Shown here: in pieces, positions 18,325 through 27,854 of the stretch
Layout of the letters: the number at the start of each line of letters is the position of its first letter
How positions within the stretch are numbered: position 1 is the stretch's first letter
DNA from: Chlorobiales bacterium
GTDB taxonomy: Bacteria; Bacteroidota; Chlorobiia; Chlorobiales; JACMJS01
Direction of reading: 5' to 3'
Assembly (NCBI GenBank): GCA_014380515.1
Contig: JACMJS010000306.1
Coordinates: 1 to 37,827 of the forward strand
Length of the DNA: 37,827 bases
Notes under the pieces: generated by a model
The model's input: only the letters and a program-made list of their open reading frames with translations
What the model was told of the DNA's origin: nothing
Databases searched by the model: none
Made by a program: the position numbers and the translations under genes

Positions 18325-19089
18325 TCAAAAAGTGTTGATGTATTCCAAGCGAACGCTGCGCGTGGCCGCACCAATGTCTTTGAAGTTGTTGGAAAGGTTG
18401 GAAAGATTGAGTTCGAGCGTAATGCCGCTGCCCACCGACCATCTTAATCCTGCATCCCAGAAGCCGCGTCCCGTGCCGAGCGCGGAAGGGGAATTGTCAT
18501 TGAACGCAAAATCGTACTGCGAGTAGATTGTAACCTGCGGCCCGATGGTTTTTTCAAGGCCGACGTAAAAATTCGCATCACGATCATCGCGCGTTTCCAA
18601 ACTATAATTCACGCCGCCGTGCAGCGTCAGAAATCCCAAGAACTCCAAGTTCTTGCTTGCCGCCGCAAAGAAGCCCGCCGACTTGCGCTCATACCGCCCG
18701 AGCGAATCGATGTAGTTGCCGCGACCTTGGGAATCAAACCCAAGTGTGATGGCGGGAAAAAATAAATCTTCGGGAATGATGCGGTAGCGCACCATCACGC
18801 CCGGCAGTTTGTTCCAGACGGGATCGCCGGAGCCGACCACATTGCCCGCGCCGTAACTGATGCCGAACGTCAAGTCGTTCGATATACCGACGCTCATCGC
18901 GGCCAGCACGCCGCCGCCGGAAAAAATCAACCCTTCGATGGCATAACTGCCCCGCTCCAGCGTTCCCGCCGACGGCAGATTAAAAATGTATCTCGCTTCC
19001 TGCGTTGCCGCCGAGCCTGCCGATCCTTGAGCGTAAATGACGTTTGTAATGAACAGCAATCCCAGAAACAATGCGGCTATTTTTTTCAT
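18325..19089 (-). CDS. YjbH-like outer-membrane beta-barrel protein
   Basis: MKK signal peptide, NLPSAGTL, FPAITLGFD, alternating beta-strands, C-terminal Phe. Confidence 0.7.
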   Translation of the reverse strand: MKKIAALFLGLLFITNVIYAQGSAGSAATQEARYIFNLPSAGTLERGSYAIEGLIFSGGGVLAAMSVGISNDLTFGISYGAGNVVGSGDPVWNKLPGVMVRYRIIPEDLFFPAITLGFDSQGRGNYIDSLGRYERKSAGFFAAASKNLEFLGFLTLHGGVNYSLETRDDRDANFYVGLEKTIGPQVTIYSQYDFAFNDNSPSALGTGRGFWDAGLRWSVGSGITLELNLSNLSNNFKDIGAATRSVRLEYINTF

Positions 19090-19108
19090 CAAGTTTGTTT
19101 TTCATTGA

Positions 19109-19900
19109 TTAGTTGAACACGGTGAAGGGTTTCATTGCAGCGGGCAGCATTTGTAAGAACGGAATGCACAAGTCGTAATCGAGTTCATAGAACTCCTCGC
19201 CAAGCACGCGCAGGTTTTGATAATACGCCTCACGATGCGTCCAGATGTAAGCTTCACTCGGCAGTCTCCAACTTGCTGTGCCCAGATGTTGCGAGAGAAA
19301 CCATTTCTCCAGCAAGCGTGCTCCGCGCCCGTTGCCATCCCCAAACGGATGGATGTGAACGAAAATCAGGTGCACGAGTGCGATATGGTAAAAGGCCCGT
19401 TCAGGTTCAAGTTTCGTTTTGCAGAGTGCGGCTATATCGGTGAACAATTCCGTCATCAACATTTTCACCTTCGTATGTTCCGGCGAGAAATACTCGATAC
19501 GGTTGCCGCCGAGCACCGCCATTTTACTTTTGCGATAGACACCTTGCTCGCTTTTTCCAAGCAGGTTTTGCGATAAAATTCCGTGTGCTTCCAGCAAATT
19601 AGCCTCAGTAATTTTCCGTCGCTTTGCAAAAGTATATGCGGCAATCAGGTTTTCAATCTCAGCAAACTCCTTGGCCTTGAATTTTCTTTTGCGGGGCTGA
19701 GAGTTGATAAAACGGCTGAGGTCAAGACTATTGCCTTCAATGCGGGATGAATAAACGGCGGCGGACTCGGTGTAGTAATTAAAAGTTGCTTGCGGTTTTG
19801 ATTTTACAAACTTCACAAAAATTTTCCTCAACTCTGAAATATTTTCACCGCCCGTCGCCCGTCGCCATGCTTTAAAATACTTTTCATCGGTTACGCGCAT
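19109..19900 (-). CDS. Fic family protein (class II, internal inhibitory motif)
   Basis: HPFGDGNGRGAR catalytic motif and upstream SSRIEGN. Start set at MRVTDEK to avoid overlap with the upstream gene. Confidence 0.9.
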   Translation of the reverse strand: MRVTDEKYFKAWRRATGGENISELRKIFVKFVKSKPQATFNYYTESAAVYSSRIEGNSLDLSRFINSQPRKRKFKAKEFAEIENLIAAYTFAKRRKITEANLLEAHGILSQNLLGKSEQGVYRKSKMAVLGGNRIEYFSPEHTKVKMLMTELFTDIAALCKTKLEPERAFYHIALVHLIFVHIHPFGDGNGRGARLLEKWFLSQHLGTASWRLPSEAYIWTHREAYYQNLRVLGEEFYELDYDLCIPFLQMLPAAMKPFTVFN

Positions 19901-19911
19901 CGTTTGCCGAT

Positions 19912-20769
19912 TCAAAGTTGAATGAAAGCATTTGTGTAAGTGTCGTCGGGAAAGATTTCTATTGAGTTGATGATGGCCGTTGAGCGGCGTACCGAACCGC
20001 TGTTGATGAAATGCACGCCTTGTACGTCGTATTCTTCGGCGCGGTGAAAGTGTCCGTGCAGCGCGATCTTCGTGTTCATTTTTTTCAGCGTGGCAAGGTA
20101 TGCGTCCTTTTCCAAAAGCTCCATCGCCCAAACAAACGCCCTGTCGACGGGCGTTTGCGGCTCATAGATTTTATAAGCATGATGACACAGCGCAACGACG
20201 AACTTTCCCTGAAGCACTTCCAGCACTTCCGGCTGCTCAATCGCCTGCCGCTCCGACGCATGAACATAGCCGCGTGCGCCCGTCGGGTTGAGCCGCAGCG
20301 ACCACTCCAAAACACTGTTGAACGAAACCATCGCAATCCCCGCTTTGCCGCCGCCGAGCACTTTGACGAACGGAAAGTATCCGGCCAGTTCCGCGTCTTC
20401 AGTGATCGTTTCGCGGAAGATGTCGCAGAAGGCGTGCAATTTTTGTGCGGCGGCGAGCGCGACCCGCTGCTGCATCGCGGTGGCAATCACGCTGAGGGCT
20501 TTGTTGCCTTTCGTGTCGTACTTGCCGAAGATGTCGTGATTGCCCGGAATGATCGTCGTCTGTTCCCAATTTAAAATGCCGTTTTGCTTGAGCACTTCGC
20601 GCACCTTGCGCAGATCGTCGGTGTTGGCGACATCAACGACGTCGCCCGTGATGACGAGGTGATCGTAGTTATGTTCAAGAATGCGTTTGATGAGCCGGTC
20701 AAATTCCCAGATGCTGCCGGGGCGGGCGGGCGTATCGATGTGAATGTCGGAGATATGTGCAATTTTCAC
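19912..20769 (-). CDS. Calcineurin-like metallophosphoesterase
   Basis: SDIH, TGDVVD, GNHD, CHH, HGHFH. GTG start at VKIAHISD is inferred. Confidence 0.88.
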   Translation of the reverse strand: MKIAHISDIHIDTPARPGSIWEFDRLIKRILEHNYDHLVITGDVVDVANTDDLRKVREVLKQNGILNWEQTTIIPGNHDIFGKYDTKGNKALSVIATAMQQRVALAAAQKLHAFCDIFRETITEDAELAGYFPFVKVLGGGKAGIAMVSFNSVLEWSLRLNPTGARGYVHASERQAIEQPEVLEVLQGKFVVALCHHAYKIYEPQTPVDRAFVWAMELLEKDAYLATLKKMNTKIALHGHFHRAEEYDVQGVHFINSGSVRRSTAIINSIEIFPDDTYTNAFIQL

Positions 20770-21111
20770 AGGGCAATCGGAATAAAGTGTTTGCTGTCGG
20801 ATGGCGGTCAATATGGCTATAAGACCGCTGCTGATGCGGCTCAAGCGGCTTTCCAAACTCGGAGCGCAACTTACGACATTTTGAAAAGTGAAAAAAATTT
20901 CGTTCCCTTGCAGTCGTTCCGTGCAACGGCGCCATCAACATCGCTATTAAATTGACCTTGATTTGTTGCCTGATCGCGGATTGAACTGCTCACAACCAAC
21001 GCTTCAAAGCCAACGCTTCCGATATATCTTCCCCGCCGCTGTTTTCGTAGCCTTCGGCGAGCATCAAACCCGCGTTTGAAACTCGCTCTAATTCAACCGT
21101 CAAAAAACTAT

Positions 21112-23256
21112 ATGCCCGAAGTCAAATCTGTGTCGCGCTCGAAAAAATCCGCGATGAGTATCGCTGATCTCATTACCGGCCTGCGGTCGCTTTCCAAAAA
21201 TTTGTGGTGGACATGGAACAGCAGTGCCCGCGATGTGCTCGCTGAACTTTCGCCGCTCTATTGGTCGCGGTTCAATCACAACGCGGTTGAAATCATGGCG
21301 CGCGTCTCCGAGCCGGAACTCACCGCACGCCTCAGCGATCCCGATTATGCCGAGCGCGTTGCCGATGTGCTTGCCACGTTCAATAAATATCTCGGCGAGA
21401 AAAAAACATGGGCGTCGGAACACGCGAAGGAATTGACGAAGCAACCCATTGCTTACTTCAGCGCGGAGTTCGGCTTGCACGAAAGTTTGCAAATCTACTC
21501 CGGCGGTCTCGGCGTGCTCGCGGGCGATCATATCAAATCGGCCAGCGACTTGGGATTGAATTTTGCGGGCGTCAGCCTGTTTTACCGCGAAGGTTATTTT
21601 CAGCAACGGCTTTCGGCGGATGGCTGGCAACAGGAAGTTTACCCGCTCTTCCGTCCCGATTCACTCGCCATGTCGCAAGTGATCGGCGAAGACGGCAAGC
21701 CGGTGACGGTGAGCGTCGAACTTGGTCAGAGCGTCGTGCATGTTCAGGCGTGGGCGGTGAAAGTCGGGCGGGCGACGCTCTACTTGCTCGATACAAACAT
21801 CGAACAAAACGAACCGCACTACCGCGACATCACGAGCAAAGTCTACGGCGGCGACGCCACCACGCGCATCAACCAAGAAATCATTCTGGGCATCGGCGGC
21901 GTAAAATTTTTACACGCACTCGGCCTGAAACCGGCAGTGTATCATATGAACGAAGGTCATTCGGGGTTTCTCACATTGGAACTTGTGCGTGAGCAAGTTG
22001 TAGCGGGCAAGTCGCTTGATGATGCCAAAGCCTTTGTAAAAGCGGAATGTATTTTTACAACCCACACGCCCGTACCCGCCGGACACGACCGCTTCTCGCC
22101 CGATCTGATGGGTTACTCGCTCGGCAAATATGCGGAATCATTGAAGATCGATTTCAACACGTTCATGGCTCTTGGCCGCGAGCATCCGAACGATCCACAA
22201 GAGCATTTTACGATGACGGTGCTGTGTCTCAACCTTTCGCGGAGTGCGAACGGCGTTTCGGAATTGCATGGCGAAGTCTCGCGGGACATGTGGCGCGGCC
22301 TCTATGGAAATGTTGAAGCCAAAGACGTGCCCATCGGATACATCACCAACGGCATTCACACGTTCGGGTGGCTGGTGCAAAAGACCGAACGCTTCTGGCT
22401 CTCGCGGACGCAGAACGACCGTGAATTTTTCCGCAACCCCGAACGGTTGAAAGAAATTTTAGATGAAGTTTCGGACGAGGAACTCTGGTCGCTCCGGTAC
22501 CGGCTCAAGCGCGACTTGATGGAATTTGCGTACGGACGCTTGAGCGCGCAGTACGAGCGTAGCGGTCAGATGCTCGGCGAGTCGTTTGGCAATGCGCTGT
22601 CGCCCGACGTCCTCACGATTGGTTTCGCGCGGCGGTTTGCGACATACAAGCGTGCGCCGCTCGTGTTCAGCGACATCGACCGCATCACGCGCATCATCAG
22701 CAACAGTGAAAAACCCGTTCAGTTTTTCTTTGCGGGCAAAGCGCACCCGCGCGATGATGCCGGAAAAAAATACATTCAGCAGATCGTCAGTCTTACACGG
22801 CAGTCGCAGTTTTTGGGCAAGGTCGTCTTTATCGAGAACTATGATATGAACGTCGCGCGGCATTTGATTTCGGGCGTGGATGTGTGGCTTAACAACCCGA
22901 TGCGTCCGCTCGAAGCGAGCGGCACCTCGGGACAAAAAGTGATTGCGCACGGCGGACTCAACTGCAGCATCTTGGACGGCTGGTGGCGCGAAGCCTACAA
23001 CGGCGAGAATGGTTGGTCAATCGGCAAAGATGAAAATCATGCCGATCAAAATTATCAGGATTCGCTCGATGCCAATTCGCTCTACGATATCTTAGAGCAA
23101 GACCTCGTACCGACGTATTACAACCGCACGGAAAGCGGCATCCCGACCGCGTGGCTCAAAAAAGTACGCAACTCAATGCTTTCGCTGATGCCGGTCTATA
23201 ACACCCACCGTATGGTTTCGGATTACGTGCTGAAGTATTACAAGCAGAAAGTCTGA
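21112..23256 (+). CDS. glgP: Alpha-glucan (glycogen) phosphorylase
   Basis: NLWWTW, YSGGLGVLAGD, HMNEGH, FARRFATYKRA, PLP motif EASGTSGQK. Confidence 0.95.
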   Translation: MPEVKSVSRSKKSAMSIADLITGLRSLSKNLWWTWNSSARDVLAELSPLYWSRFNHNAVEIMARVSEPELTARLSDPDYAERVADVLATFNKYLGEKKTWASEHAKELTKQPIAYFSAEFGLHESLQIYSGGLGVLAGDHIKSASDLGLNFAGVSLFYREGYFQQRLSADGWQQEVYPLFRPDSLAMSQVIGEDGKPVTVSVELGQSVVHVQAWAVKVGRATLYLLDTNIEQNEPHYRDITSKVYGGDATTRINQEIILGIGGVKFLHALGLKPAVYHMNEGHSGFLTLELVREQVVAGKSLDDAKAFVKAECIFTTHTPVPAGHDRFSPDLMGYSLGKYAESLKIDFNTFMALGREHPNDPQEHFTMTVLCLNLSRSANGVSELHGEVSRDMWRGLYGNVEAKDVPIGYITNGIHTFGWLVQKTERFWLSRTQNDREFFRNPERLKEILDEVSDEELWSLRYRLKRDLMEFAYGRLSAQYERSGQMLGESFGNALSPDVLTIGFARRFATYKRAPLVFSDIDRITRIISNSEKPVQFFFAGKAHPRDDAGKKYIQQIVSLTRQSQFLGKVVFIENYDMNVARHLISGVDVWLNNPMRPLEASGTSGQKVIAHGGLNCSILDGWWREAYNGENGWSIGKDENHADQNYQDSLDANSLYDILEQDLVPTYYNRTESGIPTAWLKKVRNSMLSLMPVYNTHRMVSDYVLKYYKQKV

Positions 23257-23258
23257 AG

Positions 23259-23330
23259 AAACCTCCTGTCCGCTTCGGGCGGACATCTCCCTAATTGAGC
23301 TTGCCGAAATAAATTTCGGATAAAGGGAGA
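23259..23330 (+). repeat. REP-like double hairpin, family B (AACCCCT-GTCCCGC..GCGGGACA-TCTCCCTTT..AAAGGGAGA)
   Basis: TGTCCGC-ttcgg-GCGGACA followed by TCTCCCT...AGGGAGA with an enlarged loop that contains CCGAAAT/ATTTCGG. Confidence 0.7.
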
Positions 23331-23370
23331 ATCGGATGAATGGACTTGTATTTTTCGGGTCTCGAAATAC

Positions 23371-23406
23371 AAAAGGCAACGTGCCCGGGGCGTTGCCTTT
23401 TTGTTT
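23371..23406. terminator. Bidirectional terminator
   Basis: AAAAGGCAACG-N9-CGTTGCCTTTTT between convergent glgP and the epimerase. Confidence 0.8.
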
Positions 23407-24417
23407 TCAAGCGGAAAGCAATTGCGGGTGGCTTCGCAAGTACATCGCGGCTTCCTTCACGGCGATCTTCGGCGGTTTGGGTGCAAAGCCCAATTCGGTA
23501 CGGGCTTTGGTAATGTCAAAATCCATGCGTTGTCCCCAGAACATTTCCACATCACTGCGCTGCAACAACGGCTGCGTGTCGGTGAGTTTGCTGATGAGTT
23601 CGAAGAGCGTTGCGTTGGCGTAAAGAAACCACCGCGGCACTTTAGGGGGCACTTTCAAGCCGAGGTCGGGATAAAGCGACTGAAGCAAGGCGGTCGTTTC
23701 CGAAAGTCCCATGCTTTTTTCATTCGCCAAAATATACCGCTCGCCCGCCCGGCCTTTTGTTGCTGCGGCGACACAGGCAGCGGCCACATCTTTCACATCG
23801 ATCCAGTTCAGAAAGATGTTTGACTCGACGGGTAACTTGCCCAAATACACCATCGCAAGAATCCGGTAAGATTCGTTGAGGAAAAAGGCTTCGCCGCCGA
23901 TCATCGCCGAAGGCAACACCGCAACCAACTCCAGATTCAACTTTGCGGCAAGATCAATCGCCACCTTTTCCGAATCGTTTTTCGAGTTGTAGTACATATT
24001 GCGCCGGTCAGGATTGTAACCGTCCGATTCTTTGATCGGCAGCGCGGCGTAGTTGAGTGCGGCGATTGAACTGACATAGACCACGCGCCGAACGCCTTGC
24101 GCGGCGGCGGCTTCGAGCACGTTGCGTGTGCCCTGCATATTAACATCATAAATTTCCTGCTGCGGATTTTTCGCCCAGAGCTTGAATGACGCCGCCACTT
24201 GATACAATGTATCTACGCCTTCAAGAGCCTTGACGAGCGAGGCTTTGTTCATCAGGTCGCCATGAACGACTTCGCAGTTTAAGCCTTCGAACGGCGCGCG
24301 GTTCTTGGGATTGCGAACGCTGGCGCGAACAGGGTTGCCTTGCTTTAACAAATGCCGCACGAGATTATTTCCCAAATGCCCGTTTGCACCCGTAACGAGA
24401 GCGCGTGAATTTTCCAT
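23407..24417 (-). CDS. NAD-dependent epimerase/dehydratase (dihydroflavonol-4-reductase-like SDR)
   Basis: VTGANGHLG, VYVSS, YYNSK (YxxxK), DVKDVA, GERYIL. Confidence 0.9.
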   Translation of the reverse strand: MENSRALVTGANGHLGNNLVRHLLKQGNPVRASVRNPKNRAPFEGLNCEVVHGDLMNKASLVKALEGVDTLYQVAASFKLWAKNPQQEIYDVNMQGTRNVLEAAAAQGVRRVVYVSSIAALNYAALPIKESDGYNPDRRNMYYNSKNDSEKVAIDLAAKLNLELVAVLPSAMIGGEAFFLNESYRILAMVYLGKLPVESNIFLNWIDVKDVAAACVAAATKGRAGERYILANEKSMGLSETTALLQSLYPDLGLKVPPKVPRWFLYANATLFELISKLTDTQPLLQRSDVEMFWGQRMDFDITKARTELGFAPKPPKIAVKEAAMYLRSHPQLLSA

Positions 24418-24419
24418 AG

Positions 24420-24452
24420 TTGCATCGATTTAAGATTTATGAATCGATGCAA
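24420..24452. promoter_or_regulatory. 11-bp perfect inverted repeat just before the epimerase start
   Basis: TTGCATCGATT-N11-AATCGATGCAA, ending 2 bp from the ATG. Confidence 0.5.
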
Positions 24453-24459
24453 GTTCGAT

Positions 24460-25056
24460 TCAGCCGGCGACTTTCCGCTTGACATTTGTTAGGAAATTGC
24501 GGCGGATGCGCGACAGCGATTCGGGCTTGATGCCGATGAACGAGGCGAGATGTTGCACCGGCACGTGGGCAACGAGTTGCGGTTGGTGTTGAAGCAAATT
24601 GAGGTAACGCTGTTCGGCGGTGAGCGAAATCAATTCGATGGTGCGTTGCTCTTTGCAGAGTAAGGACGATTCCATCAACTTGCGTCCGAAGAATTGCCAC
24701 TTCGCATCGCGGGCATAGAGCCGCTCAAGATTCTCGTGCGAGAGCCGCAGCAGCGTGCCTTCGCTCAGGCAATGAATGGTTTCGTGCGAGACCGCGCCGC
24801 CGATAAAACTTCCGAACGACGTCAAGAAGGTACCCGCCCCGACAAGGTGCGTTGTAACCTCTTCACCTTTCTGATAAAGGAATGCCCGCAGAAACCCCTC
24901 GTTCACAAAAAATAGTTCACGCGCGTATTGGCCTTGTCCCAGTAGCACATCGTGCTTTCGAAACGCGTGCGGTGTGAAGATGGATTCAAGCATCACATCA
25001 TCGCTGCGGGTGAGCGGAACGAGTTTCGTAATGGTCTGGCGGAGTTGGGTCAGCAT
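24460..25056 (-). CDS. Crp/Fnr-family cNMP-binding regulator
   Basis: LFFVNEGFLRAF, TAEQRYLNL, HLASFIGIKPESLSRIR (HTH). Confidence 0.9.
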   Translation of the reverse strand: MLTQLRQTITKLVPLTRSDDVMLESIFTPHAFRKHDVLLGQGQYARELFFVNEGFLRAFLYQKGEEVTTHLVGAGTFLTSFGSFIGGAVSHETIHCLSEGTLLRLSHENLERLYARDAKWQFFGRKLMESSLLCKEQRTIELISLTAEQRYLNLLQHQPQLVAHVPVQHLASFIGIKPESLSRIRRNFLTNVKRKVAG

Positions 25057-25253
25057 GAGCCGTCAAGTTTTGTTTGAAGCATGTCGAGTAGTCGACTTTA
25101 ACAAACGCAGAGTTGGAGTTCATCCACAACCATAGCCACGAAGAGCCAAGCCCTTGAGATGCGTTGGAGCAAAACACCGCGCGCAACCAAGCAAACCAAA
25201 CAACGTCTGCGCTTTGTAAACATGTCCATTGAATTGTTGCCGGTGTTCTTTTG

Positions 25254-26633
25254 TCAACGGACGGTGCGGGACTTGCTGTTTTGATACTTGACAATCCACA
25301 GACCTTGATTCTTGTCGGTGATGTAAATGAATCCGCGTCTATCAACCAATACATCTTCGGTTTGCAAGGCGAGTTTATCCTTCGGCATCGGTCCGAATCT
25401 TTTGGTGGGTTGAGGCGGCATAAAAAAGCCGACTTCAACCGGCTTTCTCCGGTTCGAGACGTTGTAAATCCGCAGTCCGGCGTTGAAATGAGCGAAGTAA
25501 AACAAATCACCCTGTTTCTCGACTGCCGGATTATGCTGTAAGTGATTGAAGTTGTGCGGTCCTGACCAGCCGCCTTTGGTAAAAAAATCGGGCGTTGAAT
25601 CCTCTGGCGGCGGCGATGGTTGCGGAAAAAGCGACAGCAAAAACGGTTGTGCCGGATTCGAAATATCGATTATCGAAGCGTGGTGAAGCGGTCCTTTGCC
25701 ATATGAAACGTCTTCGGAATTTGCAAAAGCAATGTTCTTTTCAGGTATCGGCAAAACGCCATGAACGCCAAAACGCGGATGAAACGGCGGACTGAAATCA
25801 AGCCGCCCGATTTGCCTCGGCTGAGTAACATCGCTGACATCGAGCACGATCATTCCGGCTGAACCATATGGCAAATACGCAAGATTTCCCACCACATATG
25901 GCGGACCGTGAAGCGATACATCAGCATCTGTGCCGCAAATGCTGTGGTCGTGGATTTGAGTTTGGCGACTGCTGTCGACGTTTCGTGCATCGGCTCCTAA
26001 ATCTAACTTTTCGCCGCCCGCCGTGTGCTGTCCTTTTACATGCCAGCGTCCCACTTCGCGCGGATTGGCAGGATTACTAATGTCAACAATGACATAAATG
26101 TTACCTTCGTAGCCGGGCATTCCGGCGGCCAAGTGCATATATCGCCCGCCCGAATAAAAATTGCGATGCGTCCCGCTTCCGCCGGTGCGAAACTGCCCGA
26201 CTTGTTTTGGATTTATCGGGTCAGCGATGTTCCAAATAATCACGCCTTCGTCAAAAGGCTTGCCGTCATCGCCGCCGAAACCGGGCAGAATCTTTTCTAA
26301 CGAAGTAATCATTATGTCGCCGGAAAGTTCGATCTGGCCTGTGAAAGTATTTTCGGGTCCTGCAACAAACTTAACCACACGTGGTTTTTCCGGGTCGGTT
26401 ACATCAACAACGCTCCAGCCGCGATGCCAAAAATGCGCGGTATAGAGATACCAACGTCCTCGATGTTCACGAATGGACATTTTGAAAGCCGGTTTGCCGT
26501 CCAAATCCGTGTATCCGACAGTTTGTACGTCGTTTGCAATCGAACCTTTCGGAAATTGCTGAGCGGTGGCTGTTACAACCAAGCCAAACACTAAGCTCAT
26601 TAACGCGACCATACCCAGCACTATTATTTTCAT
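25254..26633 (-). CDS. Secreted LVIVD-repeat beta-propeller protein
   Basis: Signal peptide; repeats VVDVTDPEKP, IVDISNPANPREVG, VLDVSDVTQP, IIDISNPAQP, AGLRIYNVSN. Confidence 0.85.
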   Translation of the reverse strand: MKIIVLGMVALMSLVFGLVVTATAQQFPKGSIANDVQTVGYTDLDGKPAFKMSIREHRGRWYLYTAHFWHRGWSVVDVTDPEKPRVVKFVAGPENTFTGQIELSGDIMITSLEKILPGFGGDDGKPFDEGVIIWNIADPINPKQVGQFRTGGSGTHRNFYSGGRYMHLAAGMPGYEGNIYVIVDISNPANPREVGRWHVKGQHTAGGEKLDLGADARNVDSSRQTQIHDHSICGTDADVSLHGPPYVVGNLAYLPYGSAGMIVLDVSDVTQPRQIGRLDFSPPFHPRFGVHGVLPIPEKNIAFANSEDVSYGKGPLHHASIIDISNPAQPFLLSLFPQPSPPPEDSTPDFFTKGGWSGPHNFNHLQHNPAVEKQGDLFYFAHFNAGLRIYNVSNRRKPVEVGFFMPPQPTKRFGPMPKDKLALQTEDVLVDRRGFIYITDKNQGLWIVKYQNSKSRTVR

Positions 26634-26799
26634 CTGTAGGTTTTAAAAAGTTCGGATAGAAAAAGAGGGCTAACGGCTGAAATGACATAAGCCGTGATCG
26701 TCTTACGAAGTTCAATCAGTATGGCTCATGGGATTAAGACGGTTGAGCATATGGGTTGCGGGAAGCATTTCGACAGATCGAACTTTGATTGCTCGAAAT

Positions 26800-26822
26800 A
26801 AAAAAGGGGCCGAAGCCCCTTT
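26800..26822 (-). terminator. Rho-independent terminator of the putative sRNA
   Basis: GGGGC-UUCG-GCCCC followed by U6. Confidence 0.85.
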
Positions 26823-26886
26823 CTGTAACGGCAGAAGTCCCCCACTTCTTCTGCCAACACCCCACAAGGCGTGTGGTGTTTTACAT
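26800..26886 (-). ncRNA. Putative ~87-nt small RNA: two stem-loops plus intrinsic terminator (Chlorobi-1-like architecture)
   Basis: Minus strand: UGUAA, hairpin AACACC..GGUGUU, hairpin GGCAGAAG..CUUCUGCC, UUACA, then AAAGGGGC-UUCG-GCCCCUUUUUU. Promoter directly upstream. Confidence 0.65.
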
Positions 26887-26892
26887 GACACT

Positions 26893-26921
26893 AAGATAGA
26901 CGCTCGAAATGAACTTTGCAA
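26893..26921 (-). promoter_or_regulatory. Promoter TTGCAA-N17-TATCTT for the putative sRNA
   Basis: -35 at 26916-26921, exact 17-bp spacer, -10 at 26893-26898 (TATCTTAG is also 1 mismatch from TAnnTTTG). Predicted start A at 26886. Confidence 0.6.
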
Positions 26922-26970
26922 GAGTTCGTGAAAAAAAACTTAATCTTTTTTTAATCTGCCGACTGTGCGG

Positions 26971-27849
26971 TCATTTTTCCCGTCCCGCGGTCGCTGTTTT
27001 TTCCAAAAATGCCAGCGTCAGCTGTACAAATTCTTCCGGTCGTTCGACCATCGGCACGTGGCCGCAGCGTGAAATCAACTGTAGTTCCGAGTTCGGAATC
27101 TCGCGGTGCGCGACTGCCGCATATTTTGTGGCGACGAAACGGTCGCTATCGCCCCACAGAATCAAGACGGGTAATTTCAATTCGCCGAGCCGCACACGCA
27201 AACCGGTACGCCGCAAATCCAGATGCTTGTAGTTGCGGTTGAGTGCCATCATTGCGTTGAAGTTCGCTTGATCGCGCACCATCGAAAGGTTGCGTTGAAA
27301 GTGTTCGTCGGTAATGTGCGCGGGATCGAAGTAAACCGATTCCATCGTCTTGCGGACGAATGATTCACGGCCAACCACTTTGTTAAGCAAATGCCGCACG
27401 CCCCACAAACTTGCCGCGCTGATGATCATCGGGACGTATAGAAATCCGTCCGTGTTCGTAACGACGAGCTTCGAAAGCACATTCGGATAAAGCACCGACA
27501 TCGCCAGCAGAATTTTGCCGCCCATCGAATGCCCGACGGCATATACTTTTTTTCCTGCGCCGGTCGCATTCATCTTTTCTAAAAACTCTACCAAGAGTTT
27601 GCTGAAGAGTTCAAGGCTGTAGGGCGCGTCCGTCGGTTTGTCCGATGCACCGAACCCGACTAGATCAATCGCCAAGACGCGATACCGCTTGGCAAACGCC
27701 GGCATCACTTTCTGATACGACAGCAGCGACGCCGAAAAGCCATGCACCAACAAAAGCGTTTCATCGCCTTCGCCCAGTTCCGCGTAGTGATGCCGGTAGC
27801 CGGAAAGCGTGATGAACTTTGATTGCGTGTTCGTTAAGGTTTCAGTCAT
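26971..27849 (-). CDS. Alpha/beta fold hydrolase
   Basis: LVHGF, DLVGFG, nucleophile GHSMGG, WGDSD, CGH. Confidence 0.9.
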   Translation of the reverse strand: MTETLTNTQSKFITLSGYRHHYAELGEGDETLLLVHGFSASLLSYQKVMPAFAKRYRVLAIDLVGFGASDKPTDAPYSLELFSKLLVEFLEKMNATGAGKKVYAVGHSMGGKILLAMSVLYPNVLSKLVVTNTDGFLYVPMIISAASLWGVRHLLNKVVGRESFVRKTMESVYFDPAHITDEHFQRNLSMVRDQANFNAMMALNRNYKHLDLRRTGLRVRLGELKLPVLILWGDSDRFVATKYAAVAHREIPNSELQLISRCGHVPMVERPEEFVQLTLAFLEKTATAGREK

Positions 27850-27854
27850 TTTCT

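Noticed and set aside
19901-20131. 77-aa N-terminal extension of the Fic ORF
   Set aside because: Overlaps the phosphoesterase on the same strand and has no protein-like character; ORF-caller artefact.
20996-21019. CCAACGCTTC direct repeat upstream of glgP
   Set aside because: Only two copies and no further support; could be an operator or chance.
25057-25253. Possible small ORF between the LVIVD and Crp genes
   Set aside because: No convincing start, RBS or protein-like sequence.
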